Positions 1-6,763 are shown, numbered from the stretch's first letter. The stretch: 10,364 nucleotides of DNA from a virus (IMGVR_UViG_2657245521_000008); one strand, 5' to 3'. Notes: a model not told the origin generated them from the letters alone. Translations and numbers: made by a program.

Positions 1-351
1 GTCGCAGTCCAGCGTAATGGTGAACTCACCCAGCGCTTTCAAATCTACTGCCGCACGAAGAGCACGGGCGATCAGACGCTGGATTTCCATGGTGCGTCCA
101 CCCTGCTTACCTTTCGCCGCTTCACGCGCGTTACGGGTGTGGGTAGAACGTGGCAGCATGCCGTACTCTGCGGTGATCCAGCCCTGGCCCTGACCTTTCA
201 GGAAGCGCGGCACGCCTTCTTCAATAGAGGCGGTACACAATACTTTGGTATCGCCAAATTCGACCAGCACCGAGCCTTCTGCATGTTTTGTATAGTTACG
301 AGTCAGGGTAACGGGACGCACCTGATTATTGCTACGGCCTGCTGGACGCAT
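1..351 (-). CDS. rph: Ribonuclease PH, N-terminal 117 codons; the gene's 3' end lies beyond the left edge of the window
   Basis: Reverse-complement translation from the ATG at 349-351 reads [117 protein letters not shown], which I recognise as the enterobacterial RNase PH N-terminus. The frame stays open to position 1. Confidence 0.9.
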
Positions 352-477
352 ATTGAAATCTCCGGCTTGAAACAAATGTGGCTGCGCATTATACGGACTT
401 CCGGCGGTTATTCCTATCCTGACAAGGCATCGATGGCTATAATCCTTCCACCTCTCCTTTTATAAACAGGAACGTCT
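352..477. promoter_or_regulatory. Divergent rph / yicC intergenic region; perfect TATAAT at 438-443 about 35 nt upstream of the yicC ATG, with no convincing -35
   Basis: The two genes start back to back (rph ATG at 349-351 on minus, yicC ATG at 478 on plus). A TATAAT hexamer and an AGGAA Shine-Dalgarno precede yicC. Promoter assignment is from sequence only. Confidence 0.3.
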
Positions 478-1341
478 ATGATCCGCAGTATGACCGCCTA
501 CGCCCGGCGTGAAATCAAGGGTGAATGGGGGAGCGCAACCTGGGAAATGCGCTCGGTAAACCAGCGTTATCTGGAAACTTACTTTCGTCTGCCGGAGCAG
601 TTCCGTAGCCTTGAACCTGTCGTTCGCGAGCGTATTCGTTCTCGCCTGACGCGCGGTAAAGTGGAATGTACCCTGCGCTATGAGCCAGATGTTAGCGCGC
701 AAGGTGAGCTGATCCTCAACGAAAAACTGGCTAAACAGCTGGTAACTGCCGCAAACTGGGTGAAAATGCAGAGTGACGAAGGGGAAATCAACCCGGTTGA
801 TATTCTCCGCTGGCCGGGGGTAATGGCAGCCCAGGAGCAGGATCTCGACGCGATTACCGCTGAAATTCTCGCGGCGCTGGATGGTACGCTGGACGACTTT
901 ATCGTCGCACGCGAAACCGAAGGTCAGGCGCTGAAAGCATTGATCGAGCAGCGTCTGGAAGGCGTCACCGCCGAAGTGGTCAAAGTCCGCGCCCATATGC
1001 CGGAAATCCTGCAATGGCAGCGTGAGCGTCTGGTCGCGAAGCTGGAAGATGCTCAGGTGCAACTGGAAAACAACCGTCTGGAGCAGGAGTTGGTTCTGCT
1101 GGCACAACGAATTGACGTTGCCGAAGAACTGGATCGCCTCGAAGCGCATGTCAAAGAGACCTACAACATTCTGAAGAAAAAAGAAGCGGTTGGTCGTCGT
1201 CTGGACTTTATGATGCAGGAGTTCAACCGCGAGTCGAACACTCTTGCGTCGAAATCTATCAATGCCGAAGTGACGAATTCTGCCATCGAGCTGAAAGTGT
1301 TGATTGAGCAGATGCGCGAGCAGATTCAGAATATCGAATAA
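478..1341 (+). CDS. yicC: YicC-family protein (287 aa)
   Basis: Complete ORF from the track, beginning MIRSMTAYARREIKGEWGSATWEMRSVNQRYLETYF and ending EQMREQIQNIE. Recognised as enterobacterial YicC, whose conserved position is divergent from rph. AGGAA Shine-Dalgarno about 8 nt upstream. Confidence 0.92.
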   Translation: MIRSMTAYARREIKGEWGSATWEMRSVNQRYLETYFRLPEQFRSLEPVVRERIRSRLTRGKVECTLRYEPDVSAQGELILNEKLAKQLVTAANWVKMQSDEGEINPVDILRWPGVMAAQEQDLDAITAEILAALDGTLDDFIVARETEGQALKALIEQRLEGVTAEVVKVRAHMPEILQWQRERLVAKLEDAQVQLENNRLEQELVLLAQRIDVAEELDRLEAHVKETYNILKKKEAVGRRLDFMMQEFNRESNTLASKSINAEVTNSAIELKVLIEQMREQIQNIE

Positions 1342-1380
1342 GCTATCAGTAAAAATCACCAAGCAGCAAAAAAACCACAA

Positions 1381-1405
1381 AGCCCGCGAAATGTCGGGCT
1401 TTTTT
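1381..1405 (+). terminator. Intrinsic (rho-independent) terminator downstream of yicC
   Basis: Stem agcccg (1381-1386) pairs with cgggct (1395-1400) around an 8-nt loop, followed by TTTTT at 1401-1405. It is preceded by an A-run, so it could act in both directions. Confidence 0.6.
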
Positions 1406-1450
1406 GTTATCATGAGCTATCATAACAACGCAACAAAGCGCACAATATGC

Positions 1451-1503
1451 GTGTACATAGAGGTGTACATAATGACTTTCATGTACATTGCTTTATGTAC
1501 ACC
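1451..1503. promoter_or_regulatory. Cluster of four palindromic TGTACA hexamers upstream of int; candidate integrase arm-type or AlpA/Vis-type binding sites within the int promoter region
   Basis: TGTACA occurs at 1452-1457, 1464-1469, 1482-1487 and 1496-1501. The first two copies are within an identical 9-mer gtgtacata and the last two share atgtaca. A CATAAT -10-like hexamer at 1468-1473 overlaps the cluster. Confidence 0.4.
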
Positions 1504-1530
1504 CCCATATTCGATATTCAGGTATTCGCA

Positions 1531-2784
1531 ATGCCAAAACTCACAGATATGCAGATCCGCGCATGGATAAAGGCGGGAGACAGATTTGATGGCAAGGCAG
1601 ACGGCAACGGCCTTTATATTTGCTACCCCAAAAACTACACAGTCCCGTTCTGGCGATTCCGCTATAAGCTCGCAGGAAAGCAGCGGGCTATGGTTATAGG
1701 CTCTTACTCCGAACTGTCACTATCAAAAGCCAGAGAAACAGCAAAAGAGCTGTCAGCCAGAGTTGCTCTTGGCTATGACGTAGCAGCAGAGAAACAGGAA
1801 CGAAAAGCTGAAGCACTGGCAAAAATGGAGGCTGAGAAAAACGCCATGCGTGTTTCAGATCTGGCCTCCGAATACTTCGAGCGCCAGATACTTCCGAGAT
1901 GGAAACATCCCGATATCCTTCGCCGGAGAATTGATAAGGATATTAACCCCTGCATTGGGCATATGAAGGTAGAGGATGTTAAGCCACGCCACATTGACGA
2001 CATGTTGAAAGGTATCGTTGACCGAGGAGCACCAACGATAGCAACAGATGTATTACGCTGGACACGCCGTATCTTTGACTATGGGATAAAACGCCACGCT
2101 CTGGAGATAAACCCTTGTTCAGCGTTTGAAGTATCTGATGCTGGTGGTAAAGAGGTTTCCCGCGACCGTTGGCTAACTCGCGATGAGCTTATCAGGCTAT
2201 TCGAGGCTATGCGCACCGCAAAAGGATTCAGCCGCCAAAACGAACTGACATTTAAACTATTGCTGGCACTATGCGTTCGTAAGATGGAGTTATGCGCCGC
2301 ACGATGGGAAGAGTTTGATTTAGATGGTGCGGTATGGCATTTGCCGGAAGAACGCAGCAAAAACGGAGACCCTATTGATATACCTCTACCTTCCCCAGCC
2401 GTTGAATGGTTGAGAGAGCTACACACCTTTTCATGTAATAGCGCATGGGTGCTTCCGGCCAGGAAGATGCAAAACAGAATGATCCCACATATTCAGGAAA
2501 GCACTTTACCCGTAGCACTGGCTAAGGTTCGCGCCGAAATGCCGGATGTGCCTAATTTCACGATTCACGACTTCCGACGCACCGCACGTACTCATTTAGC
2601 AGCATTGGGTGTTGATCCTGTCGTGGCGGAACGATGCCTCAATCATCGCATTAAGGGCGTAGAGGGGATTTATAACCGTCATCAGTATTTTGATGAGCGT
2701 AAAGCAGCACTGGCACAGTGGGCAGATCTGCTGGTGGCACTGGAAAGCGGAAAAGACTACAACGTAACGCCAATCAGAGCATGA
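1531..2784 (+). CDS. int: Tyrosine-type site-specific integrase, P4-like family (417 aa from the ATG at 1531)
   Basis: N-terminus MPKLTDMQIRAWIKAGDRFDGKADGNGLYICYPKNYTVPFWRFRYKLAGKQRAMVIGSY matches the P4/CP4-57 integrase arm-binding domain pattern. The C-terminus contains HDFRRT, LNH and YNRHQY, consistent with the catalytic R/H/R/Y region. The track ORF starts further upstream at 1447, but that extension has no family resemblance and overlaps the TGTACA repeats. Confidence 0.85.
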   Translation: MPKLTDMQIRAWIKAGDRFDGKADGNGLYICYPKNYTVPFWRFRYKLAGKQRAMVIGSYSELSLSKARETAKELSARVALGYDVAAEKQERKAEALAKMEAEKNAMRVSDLASEYFERQILPRWKHPDILRRRIDKDINPCIGHMKVEDVKPRHIDDMLKGIVDRGAPTIATDVLRWTRRIFDYGIKRHALEINPCSAFEVSDAGGKEVSRDRWLTRDELIRLFEAMRTAKGFSRQNELTFKLLLALCVRKMELCAARWEEFDLDGAVWHLPEERSKNGDPIDIPLPSPAVEWLRELHTFSCNSAWVLPARKMQNRMIPHIQESTLPVALAKVRAEMPDVPNFTIHDFRRTARTHLAALGVDPVVAERCLNHRIKGVEGIYNRHQYFDERKAALAQWADLLVALESGKDYNVTPIRA

Positions 2785-2802
2785 TGAGAGGAAAGATTCA
2801 TA

Positions 2803-3753
2803 ATGAAATTACCTGCGCATAAATATTATTCTTTGGATAAAGCAGCCAAACTGGCCGGATGTGAAGTATCCGATTTAATACACTATGCAGCAATTGGGGT
2901 TTTAGAAATATGTATAAAAATTCCACCTATTGAATTGTTTTACCATTACCCAAAAAATGAAGATGCCGAGCCAGAATTACTTAAAGTTGAAACGGATAGT
3001 ATTTTTCATATAGATACAAAAGCAGCACATGAGAATTATCTCCTTGATCTGAGCAATAAGGCAGATAATCTCGAATCATATGGCTTATCATCACTTGATT
3101 ACAAAAATAGCGATAACTATATGTATTTTATGAGGTTTTCATACAAATCAGAACATTTCTCAGTTATAGAGCGATACAATGTTGGGAAGGATGAAAGAGA
3201 TATCGAAAGATGGAGCGGTCTATTAGCAATTCCGCCTGCGTTCATAGATAACGATGAGCGGGAGCTATCAGAATGGGATGATTGGGAGATCTCTGTATGC
3301 GAACTGATGCCTCCGAGATGTGACGAGTTTAGCAAATCGAATAATTATGAAATCGGAGCTTTTTATATTGACGGCTGGTATGAAATAAGCCGAAACAAAA
3401 TGTATATAACTGACTATGAATACAATCTTCTTATAAATGGAGGAAAATATATTTATGACAGACCCATGCACAAACCATCCGCAAACAAGTTATCCAATGA
3501 TATAAATACGCTAAAAGTTAATAAACGTGCCGAACGGTACGCAGTCAATAGGGAGAAACTATTAAAATCTGCAATTTATATACTTAGTAAGTATCCAAAT
3601 GAATGCAGGGGAGAAAGGAAAGAAATAAGCCCTGAGAAGTGGCGTGACTGTCTTGTTCGTCATTTAGACGAAGTTCCACCACTTATGATAACTAATGAAG
3701 ATGTAATTCTTAAACATCTACGATCTGCGGCAAATGGCAAAGTGGATAGTTAA
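2803..3753 (+). CDS. Hypothetical protein (316 aa), AT-rich cargo gene of unknown function; candidate accessory or anti-phage gene
   Basis: Complete ORF with a GAGAGGAAAG Shine-Dalgarno-like stretch 8-12 nt upstream, starting 18 nt after the int stop. Two 60-nt lines counted by hand give roughly 30-37 percent G+C, against about 55 percent in a sampled int line. The protein is rich in Y/K/N/E/D/I and I recognise no domain. Confidence 0.7.
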   Translation: MKLPAHKYYSLDKAAKLAGCEVSDLIHYAAIGVLEICIKIPPIELFYHYPKNEDAEPELLKVETDSIFHIDTKAAHENYLLDLSNKADNLESYGLSSLDYKNSDNYMYFMRFSYKSEHFSVIERYNVGKDERDIERWSGLLAIPPAFIDNDERELSEWDDWEISVCELMPPRCDEFSKSNNYEIGAFYIDGWYEISRNKMYITDYEYNLLINGGKYIYDRPMHKPSANKLSNDINTLKVNKRAERYAVNREKLLKSAIYILSKYPNECRGERKEISPEKWRDCLVRHLDEVPPLMITNEDVILKHLRSAANGKVDS

Positions 3754-3763
3754 CTTACTATAG

Positions 3764-3790
3764 AGGTACTGCAAAATTACAGTACCTTTT
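3764..3790 (+). terminator. Putative intrinsic terminator after the cargo gene
   Basis: Perfect 8-bp inverted repeat aggtactg (3764-3771) / cagtacct (3780-3787) around an 8-nt loop, followed by a short T-run (TTTT at 3787-3790, first T within the stem). The stem is AT-rich and the U-tract short, so moderate strength. Confidence 0.45.
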
Positions 3791-3793
3791 CAT

Positions 3794-3807
3794 TGTATAT
3801 CTATACA
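3794..3807. promoter_or_regulatory. 14-bp palindrome TGTATATCTATACA upstream of alpA; candidate operator
   Basis: TGTATA (3794-3799) and TATACA (3802-3807) are exact reverse complements separated by TC, about 50 nt upstream of the alpA ATG. It shares the TGTA half-site with the TGTACA cluster upstream of int. Confidence 0.3.
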
Positions 3808-3859
3808 GCTAGATTTCTCGTAACGAAGCAACAACTATCGCTAAGAGGTTACGGGAATC

Positions 3860-4063
3860 ATGAACATCGACACTATCCCTACAAAAGGCTATATCAGACG
3901 CTTTCGCCTGGCTGAATTGCTGGGCGTTAGTGTATCCACCATCGACCGTAAAGTAAGAAACGGTTCACTACCACGTCCGGTAAAGCTGGGAGAAAAAATA
4001 ACTGCGTTTGATGCGGTTGAGATTCACAACTGGCTGGCAGAACGCCGCGGGAAGGTGGCCTGA
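3860..4063 (+). CDS. alpA: AlpA-family phage transcriptional regulator / excisionase-like DNA-binding protein (67 aa)
   Basis: MNIDTIPTKGYIRRFRLAELLGVSVSTIDRKVRNGSLPRPVKLGEKITAFDAVEIHNWLAERRGKVA fits the AlpA/Vis pattern of a short helix-turn-helix followed by the LP.P.K.G and W motifs. Size and position after int match CP4-57 and PICI alpA. Confidence 0.8.
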   Translation: MNIDTIPTKGYIRRFRLAELLGVSVSTIDRKVRNGSLPRPVKLGEKITAFDAVEIHNWLAERRGKVA

Positions 4064-4494
4064 TGGAAAAGAAAAACCGCCCATTACAGGCGGCTAATTC
4101 AGATATTCGCGTATCTGATGTTACGCCCCTTACAAAATCCCTTCAAGCACCAAAGCGCACACCGAAAAAGCATCGTGCCAGAGTCTATATGCTGCGTACT
4201 GGTATAGAGGGATGGACAGAAAATGACATTCTTCGCTACTGCCGTCTGTCTTCTGGTCGTAACTATGCAACAGAGTTAGAACGCCAGCTTGGAATCACTC
4301 TGGAGCGTATCGACGAAAAGAATCCTGATGGTATCGGAACACACCTTCGCTACCGTTTCTCCTGCCGTGGTGATGTTCTGAAAGTGATCACTCATATTAA
4401 CCATCTTGCGAACATAAATGATCACAACGGACTTTCTCAGCCGGAAATTGCCGACATTCTGAAACTCTACCCGGACGCGTTTAACGCCGCTTAA
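4063..4494 (+). CDS. Hypothetical protein (143 aa), basic N-terminus; possibly DNA-binding
   Basis: Start ATG overlaps the alpA stop (TGATG), and an AAGGTGG Shine-Dalgarno sits just upstream. The protein reads plausibly but I recognise no family. Confidence 0.6.
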   Translation: MEKKNRPLQAANSDIRVSDVTPLTKSLQAPKRTPKKHRARVYMLRTGIEGWTENDILRYCRLSSGRNYATELERQLGITLERIDEKNPDGIGTHLRYRFSCRGDVLKVITHINHLANINDHNGLSQPEIADILKLYPDAFNAA

Positions 4495-4506
4495 CGGAGA
4501 CTGAAA

Positions 4507-5340
4507 ATGAACATCGAAAAAAGCAGATTAATTTCTGAGGCCGCCCCTCATCTGAACGCCTCTCTGAGCACAATTAACGGTAATGAATTTGCCGCAATTG
4601 TCCCGGTTATTCCTGGTCATATCGGTGGGCGTGAAACCAATATTGTTAGCGCAAAAGCGTTACACAAAGCGTTGGGCGTGGGAAAAGACTTCTCTACATG
4701 GATCACTGATCGCATCTCTGAATATGACTTCACCATTGGGCACGATTACTCAGTCCATAAAACAATTTCCCCAAATTTGGGGAAAAGCCCGAATGGCGCG
4801 GCTTACAGCAAGATTAAGCAGTCTGGCAGACCCGGCAAAGACTATCTGTTAAGTGTCGGAATGGCGAAAGAACTGGCAATGATCGAACGCAATGATCAGG
4901 GTCGCGCTATCCGCCGTTATTTCATCCAGTGCGAGGAAGAATTACAGCGTAGCGTGCCTGAAATCGCCGCCCGCTATCGTCGCCAGCTAAAAGCCCGTAT
5001 CAGTGCCGCAAACAACTTTAAGCCAATGTGCGATGCGCTGAATATGGCCCGTGCCGAGATGGGGAAAACGACGCAGCAACACCACTACACAAACGAGAGC
5101 AATATGATTTCTCGTATCGTTCTTGGTGGGCTAACTGCTAAGCAGTGGGCGCGGATAAATGGCTATTCTGGCGAACCTCGCGACCATATGAACGCAGAAC
5201 AGCTTGAGCACCTCTCATATCTCGAAAGCACCAATATCACGTTAATTGATATGGGCATGGAATATGAGCAGCGCAAAGGAGAACTCACCCGCCTGTCGCA
5301 ACGCTGGCTCGCCAAGCGTCTGGAGGCGCTCAATGTCTAA
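4507..5340 (+). CDS. Phage antirepressor-like protein with AntA/AntB-type N-terminal domain (277 aa)
   Basis: The segment AAIVPVIPGHIGGRETNIVSAKALHKALGVGKDFSTWITDRISEYDFTIGHDY followed by DYLLSVGMAKELAMIERNDQGRAIRRYFIQCEEEL matches the conserved AntA antirepressor signature as I recall it. GGAGA Shine-Dalgarno 7 nt upstream. Confidence 0.78.
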   Translation: MNIEKSRLISEAAPHLNASLSTINGNEFAAIVPVIPGHIGGRETNIVSAKALHKALGVGKDFSTWITDRISEYDFTIGHDYSVHKTISPNLGKSPNGAAYSKIKQSGRPGKDYLLSVGMAKELAMIERNDQGRAIRRYFIQCEEELQRSVPEIAARYRRQLKARISAANNFKPMCDALNMARAEMGKTTQQHHYTNESNMISRIVLGGLTAKQWARINGYSGEPRDHMNAEQLEHLSYLESTNITLIDMGMEYEQRKGELTRLSQRWLAKRLEALNV

Positions 5341-5512
5341 GCCAACAGGAACACCACAACCACAAAAACGCTACAAAGATGCCCACGGAGCACTCGTTAC
5401 TGTCGAAAGCGTGTCTCACAACCGAGTGACGTTTTATCGCGACGGGTATCAATCGCCATGCGTACAACCGCTGGCACGTTTCATGAAGGAGTTCGCGGAG
5501 GTTAACCAATGA
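5333..5512 (+). CDS. Small hypothetical protein (59 aa) translationally coupled to the antirepressor gene
   Basis: The ATG at 5333 is preceded by GGAGG (5322-5326) with a 6-nt spacer, and overlaps the upstream stop (caATGtcTAA). The track ORF 5246..5512 is the same frame, but its upstream part lies inside the antirepressor gene with no ribosome-binding site. Confidence 0.5.
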   Translation: MSKPTGTPQPQKRYKDAHGALVTVESVSHNRVTFYRDGYQSPCVQPLARFMKEFAEVNQ

Positions 5513-6576
5513 TACCCGTCCAGAAGAAGACATTTTCACTGGCTGGTATGTCGCCAAAATCCAGCAATATGACGGCAAAGTCAGGCATTAATACAGCAGA
5601 TGCAAGCAAAGTTTATCATTTGCTGGTGGTCGGAACGGATGCCTTAACCATACCAGAAATCACGGGCGATGATGTTAGCGTTGAGAAGGTCAGCGGCTGC
5701 GCCAGAGAATTTCTGGTCGTAGATGACCTGTTCTGCTCGTGTAGTGACTCCACAAAAACATTCGTCCACGCGCGTGACGTTAACGAAATGAGCGCGATGT
5801 ACTGTGCTTCTGGTTCTTCCAATAGTGAGTTTTCGGAGTCCATAAAAAAGAGCTTGCCGTTATGCGGCAACACGGTTTATGGTTATAAGGCACCTCATAA
5901 AACGGGTGCCGGGATTGGCGTCCTGGTAAATCGAATGGCGACATATGACGCGCCGAGCGTCTTTTTTTATGTCGTAGGTCTGACTCACCCATTTTTTGGG
6001 CGTTGGTGTATAATCCAGCGCCTTTGTCAATCAATGGTGGCTCAGGCAGGGGCTTCTTCGGAAGCGCCGGTATCCATTCGAGCCGGTTACGCCAACCCTG
6101 TCTGGGCTACCACCAGCGAAATTGGCGTTTCCGGTGGTAGCGTTACATGCTATCGAATGGAGGCTGCCACATGCTGGCTACTACCCCTACCCAAAAACCG
6201 CAATTTATCTGGATTATCGCCGCAGTTCGCCGCGATTGCCCGACAATTACCGCCAAAATTCATCATATTGCTGCCGAGTCTGAACGCGATGCTCGCCGTT
6301 CTCTGGTGCGCGATCACATCTGCTTTTTTGCTGGTCGTATCCGCATGGAGGTGGCACATGATTAAAACCTACGATGTGCATATGGATCCCCTCGAACGCA
6401 CAAGCCAGATCATCACACTGACAGAAGTGATTAACGACATTCTGGTGAGCAACTCTCCCTCACGAGACGAAAGACTAAAGGCGTTACTCGCGATATTGGA
6501 TCTCGCCGTTCGTGACGTTCATTTCCTGCTGGAAGGTGGACAAATGCCATGCAAAACGGGGGCAACCAATGAATAA
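5509..6576 (+). CDS. Hypothetical protein as the stop-free ORF (355 aa); integrity doubtful, possibly a fusion of an upstream gene, a non-coding control region and a separate 72-aa gene starting at 6358
   Basis: GGAGG (5497-5501) lies 7 nt before the ATG at 5509, which overlaps the upstream stop (ATGA). No stop occurs in this frame until 6574-6576. However, 5947-6170 carries terminator, promoter and hairpin features, and in 6171-6357 this frame uses rare codons (cta, tta, cga, agg, ata) while another frame looks genuinely coding. An internal ATG at 6358 has its own GGAGG. Confidence 0.4.
   Translation: MIPVQKKTFSLAGMSPKSSNMTAKSGINTADASKVYHLLVVGTDALTIPEITGDDVSVEKVSGCAREFLVVDDLFCSCSDSTKTFVHARDVNEMSAMYCASGSSNSEFSESIKKSLPLCGNTVYGYKAPHKTGAGIGVLVNRMATYDAPSVFFYVVGLTHPFFGRWCIIQRLCQSMVAQAGASSEAPVSIRAGYANPVWATTSEIGVSGGSVTCYRMEAATCWLLPLPKNRNLSGLSPQFAAIARQLPPKFIILLPSLNAMLAVLWCAITSAFLLVVSAWRWHMIKTYDVHMDPLERTSQIITLTEVINDILVSNSPSRDERLKALLAILDLAVRDVHFLLEGGQMPCKTGATNE
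5947..5968 (+). terminator. Terminator-like hairpin with a 7-T tract, lying inside the 355-codon ORF
   Basis: gacgc (5947-5951) pairs with gcgtc (5957-5961) around a 5-nt loop, then TTTTTTT at 5962-5968. Stop codons occur in the other two forward frames right here (TGA at 5946-5948, TAG at 5975-5977). Confidence 0.3.
6009..6014 (+). promoter_or_regulatory. Perfect TATAAT -10 hexamer (no clear -35), about 160 nt upstream of the ORF at 6171; candidate promoter for the small-gene/primase operon or for a leader RNA
   Basis: TATAAT at 6009-6014 is immediately preceded by TG and sits in an otherwise GC-rich stretch, about 40 nt downstream of the terminator-like hairpin. Confidence 0.3.
6171..6365 (+). 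CDS. Small hypothetical protein (64 aa) in a different frame from the 355-codon ORF
   Basis: GGAGG at 6159-6163 lies 7 nt before the ATG at 6171. Codons are typical of E. coli genes (ctg, gct, acc, ccg, atc, gcc, cgc, gat, gtg). The stop overlaps the next start as ATGATTAA at 6358-6365. The track shows this frame as 6147..6365. Confidence 0.45.
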   Translation: MLATTPTQKPQFIWIIAAVRRDCPTITAKIHHIAAESERDARRSLVRDHICFFAGRIRMEVAHD

Positions 6577-6763
6577 CTCAATTAATACCCCTCGCCTTAC
6601 GTCCGCACTTCAATTAATCGAGCAAGCAGCGGCTGTCCTGGTTGCTGTCAGTCTTTCGGCTGAAGAAATGGACGCTGCTGATGTCGTGGATGCGATTAAA
6701 GCGTGCTCATCTTTGGTTAACGATGCCCGTGCCGAGCTGGTAATTCTTGGGGGTGAAAAATGA
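6569..6763 (+). CDS. Small hypothetical protein (64 aa)
   Basis: The ATG at 6569 overlaps the upstream stop as ATGAATAA, with GGGGG about 8 nt upstream. It is the plausible start within track ORF 6512..6763, and its stop overlaps the next ATG (ATGA at 6760-6763). Confidence 0.5.
   Translation: MNNSINTPRLTSALQLIEQAAAVLVAVSLSAEEMDAADVVDAIKACSSLVNDARAELVILGGEK

Noticed and set aside
1-351. The K-12 rph-1 frameshift
   Set aside because: As I recall, that lesion is near the 3' end of rph. Only the 5' 117 codons are in this window, so it cannot be assessed here.
139-465. Plus-strand ORF of 108 aa from the track
   Set aside because: It lies antisense to the confidently identified rph N-terminus and runs through the rph/yicC promoter region. 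The protein has no family resemblance and there is no ribosome-binding site.
460-1413. Minus-strand ORF of 317 aa from the track
   Set aside because: It is entirely antisense to yicC and extends through the yicC terminator. This is a typical shadow ORF opposite a real gene.
1447-1530. Longer integrase start at 1447 (track ORF of 445 aa)
   Set aside because: The extra 28 residues (MRVHRGVHNDFHVHCFMYTPIFDIQVFA) have no integrase-like character and are translated from the TGTACA repeat region. Integrase-family similarity begins at MPKLTD (ATG 1531).
1342-1530. A tRNA or tmRNA gene as the integration target between yicC and int
   Set aside because: I looked for a cloverleaf-compatible segment, in particular a T-arm GTTC..GAA motif near an acceptor-like 3' end, and found none. 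The region consists of the terminator, an A-rich stretch and the TGTACA repeats.
1304-1570. Plus-strand ORF of 88 aa spanning the end of yicC, the terminator and the int promoter
   Set aside because: It crosses an intrinsic terminator and regulatory repeats and overlaps two real genes in other frames.
3117-3471. Two minus-strand ORFs (72 and 67 aa) inside the AT-rich cargo gene
   Set aside because: They are antisense to a longer ORF that has a good start context. AT-rich DNA gives many short stop-free stretches, and neither has a ribosome-binding site.
4583-4852. Plus-strand ORF of 89 aa inside the antirepressor gene
   Set aside because: It is an alternative frame within a gene that has a clear AntA-family signature.
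5616-6034. Minus-strand ORFs (85 and 84 aa) opposite the first part of the 355-codon ORF
   Set aside because: All other genes of the element are on the plus strand. These read as low-complexity sequence and lack start signals. They do indicate that this stretch is unusually stop-poor on both strands, which feeds into the frame-conflict finding.
6184-6200. Programmed -1 ribosomal frameshift joining the 355-codon frame to the 6171..6365 frame
   Set aside because: The only A-rich stretch (cccaaaaacc) does not form a canonical X XXY YYZ slippery heptamer in the incoming frame, and no downstream pseudoknot-like structure is evident.
6150-6359. Minus-strand ORF of 69 aa opposite the 6171..6365 ORF
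   Set aside because: It is antisense to a plus-strand frame that has strong GGAGG and E. coli-like codon usage, so it is probably a shadow ORF.
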